Assembly: GCA_050010075.1 (NCBI GenBank)
Contig: JBEKLS010000004.1
Coordinates: 1-59,167, forward strand
Source of the DNA: Candidatus Binatus sp.
GTDB taxonomy: Bacteria; Desulfobacterota; Binatia; Binatales; Binataceae
Direction of reading: 5' to 3'
DNA: 59,167 nt
A program made the position numbers and the translations under genes. A model generated the notes under the pieces. That model did no database searches. It was not told the origin of the DNA and worked only from the letters and a program-made list of their open reading frames with translations. Below, piece by piece: positions 57,869 through 59,167 of this stretch. Position 1 is the first letter of the stretch; every line of letters starts with the position of its first letter.

Positions 57869-59167
57869 AGTCGCATAGAGCGCCTCGCGCAAGTTTGATC
57901 GGCGCTCCATCGTGCTGGCGGTCGGCGGGATGCTTTGCGGGAAATGGAAAACCTGCATTGGATCGACCTGCGCCTTGATCGATTCCAGCCGCGACAGATT
58001 GGCGCCGTAGTAGTCCTGCTGCCATGTCGTCAGCGAAGGGTCGGGAAAATTGACGTAGGCCCCGCCGCTGAAATTACGCATCGCCTCATAGAAGTTCGCT
58101 TGCCATTCAAGATTGCTCTGCACAGTGGGCCGGCTATCGTGGGCGCCCCAGCTAAGCGCAAGCGTCATCAGCCACTCACTGTCGCGATGCACAAAGGCGG
58201 TCGCCGCGGGCGCGACTGCGTTGACCTGGGCGCCGGTTTGGAAGAGCACGAAACTCGCCGCTTCAGAAGTGCCGGGCCATGTGCGCAAGAAAGAAAACGC
58301 AGCTGCGATTGCCTCGGAGCTCGGCGGCGCGCCGAAAAATGACGATCGCTCCTGATAGCGGTCGGGAGGTCCGGGCTCGTCCAGGAAGTTCAGTTGCGCG
58401 TCCCAATACGGCAATTGCTCGATGTCGGCGGACACAGGCGCCGCGACCTGGTAAACGGGAGCGAGAATATCGGCCAGCTCGGCCGGCGTGCCCGCAAGCT
58501 GTCCCAGCAGCGTCATAGTAACATCCTGTCCCGCCGCCAGTTGCGCGGGGGTCACGGCCGAAGCGCCAATGCGATTTCCCATGGTTGAGGGAGCATCCCG
58601 AAGCGCATCGACCAGCGCCGCATAAATTGCGTCGGATTGCCCGCTCCACATGATCTCGAAGACGGTAATCAGGTCATCGGCCGGCATGGTCTGCAGGCTG
58701 AAAGAAGTGTTAATCCCGAAGTTGCCACCGCCGCCGCCGCAGCACGCCCAAAATAAATCCGGGTTCTCAGTGGCGCTGAGCGTCAGGATTTGCCCTCCTG
58801 CGGTGACAATCTCGCTGCTCAACACCTGATCGCAACCGAGGCCGTAGCGGCGCATGTTGAAGCCAATTCCGCCGCCCAGCAAAAACCCGGCTGCGCCTAC
58901 TCCGATGCATCGGCCGTGAGTGATGGTCGCATCGGCGGCCTGCAACGCGGAATACAGATCGACGTTGCGAATGCCGCCGCCGATCGTGACGATGCCGGTG
59001 GACGGCGCGAACTGAGCCTGATTGATAAGCGTCATATCGATCATCAGTCCGTGCGTAGTCGAAAACCCGGCATAGGAGTGACCGCCGGACCGCGTAATCA
59101 GCGGGATCTCGTTCCGCTGCGACCATAAAATTGCCTGCGCCACGTCGGTCGCGCTGGCGCATTTGGC
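57839..59167 (-). CDS. FAD-linked oxidoreductase, berberine-bridge-enzyme family (5' end outside the window)
   Basis: RSGGHSY (FAD-His), HGRC.GVG (second covalent Cys), DLFWA..GGGGGNFGI, GAYVNF and YYG.N..RL..IK..VDP BBE domain; the frame stays open to the window edge. Confidence 0.92.
   Translation of the reverse strand, partial: AKCASATDVAQAILWSQRNEIPLITRSGGHSYAGFSTTHGLMIDMTLINQAQFAPSTGIVTIGGGIRNVDLYSALQAADATITHGRCIGVGAAGFLLGGGIGFNMRRYGLGCDQVLSSEIVTAGGQILTLSATENPDLFWACCGGGGGNFGINTSFSLQTMPADDLITVFEIMWSGQSDAIYAALVDALRDAPSTMGNRIGASAVTPAQLAAGQDVTMTLLGQLAGTPAELADILAPVYQVAAPVSADIEQLPYWDAQLNFLDEPGPPDRYQERSSFFGAPPSSEAIAAAFSFLRTWPGTSEAASFVLFQTGAQVNAVAPAATAFVHRDSEWLMTLALSWGAHDSRPTVQSNLEWQANFYEAMRNFSGGAYVNFPDPSLTTWQQDYYGANLSRLESIKAQVDPMQVFHFPQSIPPTASTMERRSNLREALYATARRALARAA

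Noticed and set aside
1-59167. tRNA, rRNA, riboswitch, CRISPR array, integrase or transposase
   Set aside because: None recognised by eye in any intergenic region; an Infernal/Rfam scan would be needed to exclude small RNAs in the gaps at 6.9-7.2, 21.8-22.4 and 42.55-43.1 kb.

Overview
High-GC Gram-negative bacterial DNA. The gene content (many LLM oxidoreductases, DUF1302/DUF1329/MMPL, class III CoA transferases) suggests Candidatus Binatia, which is an inference only. No rRNA, tRNA, CRISPR array, integrase or intact transposase was recognised. Left to right: (1) a tetR-mdtA-mdtB-mdtC RND efflux operon; (2) a sulfate-binding protein coupled to a SulP permease, with no ABC components in the window; (3) a ferrosome-like locus with an intact non-CPx P1B ATPase, a divergent catalytically degenerate P1B paralog, small GxxxG/helical proteins, ExoD and an APC permease; a 17-bp operator-like motif recurs here and upstream of the sulfate genes; (4) a lower-GC catabolic island (about 22.4-46.5 kb) with a GAF sigma-54 activator, a consensus -24/-12 promoter, three LLM monooxygenases, SnoaL, Rid and DUF proteins, a DUF1302/DUF1329/MMPL transport module, a BbsEF-like CoA-transferase pair, an ALDH, and Rieske, flavin and 2OG oxygenases; (5) a double-kinase hybrid sensor and a secreted protein; (6) a roughly 6-kb lipid/envelope cassette (flippase-like protein, CDP-alcohol phosphotransferase, two radical SAM enzymes, POTRA-less Omp85) bracketed by a 33-bp direct repeat that duplicates the 3' end of the neighbouring BBE-type FAD oxidoreductase gene. 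All family assignments come from motif recognition by eye; no database search was run.
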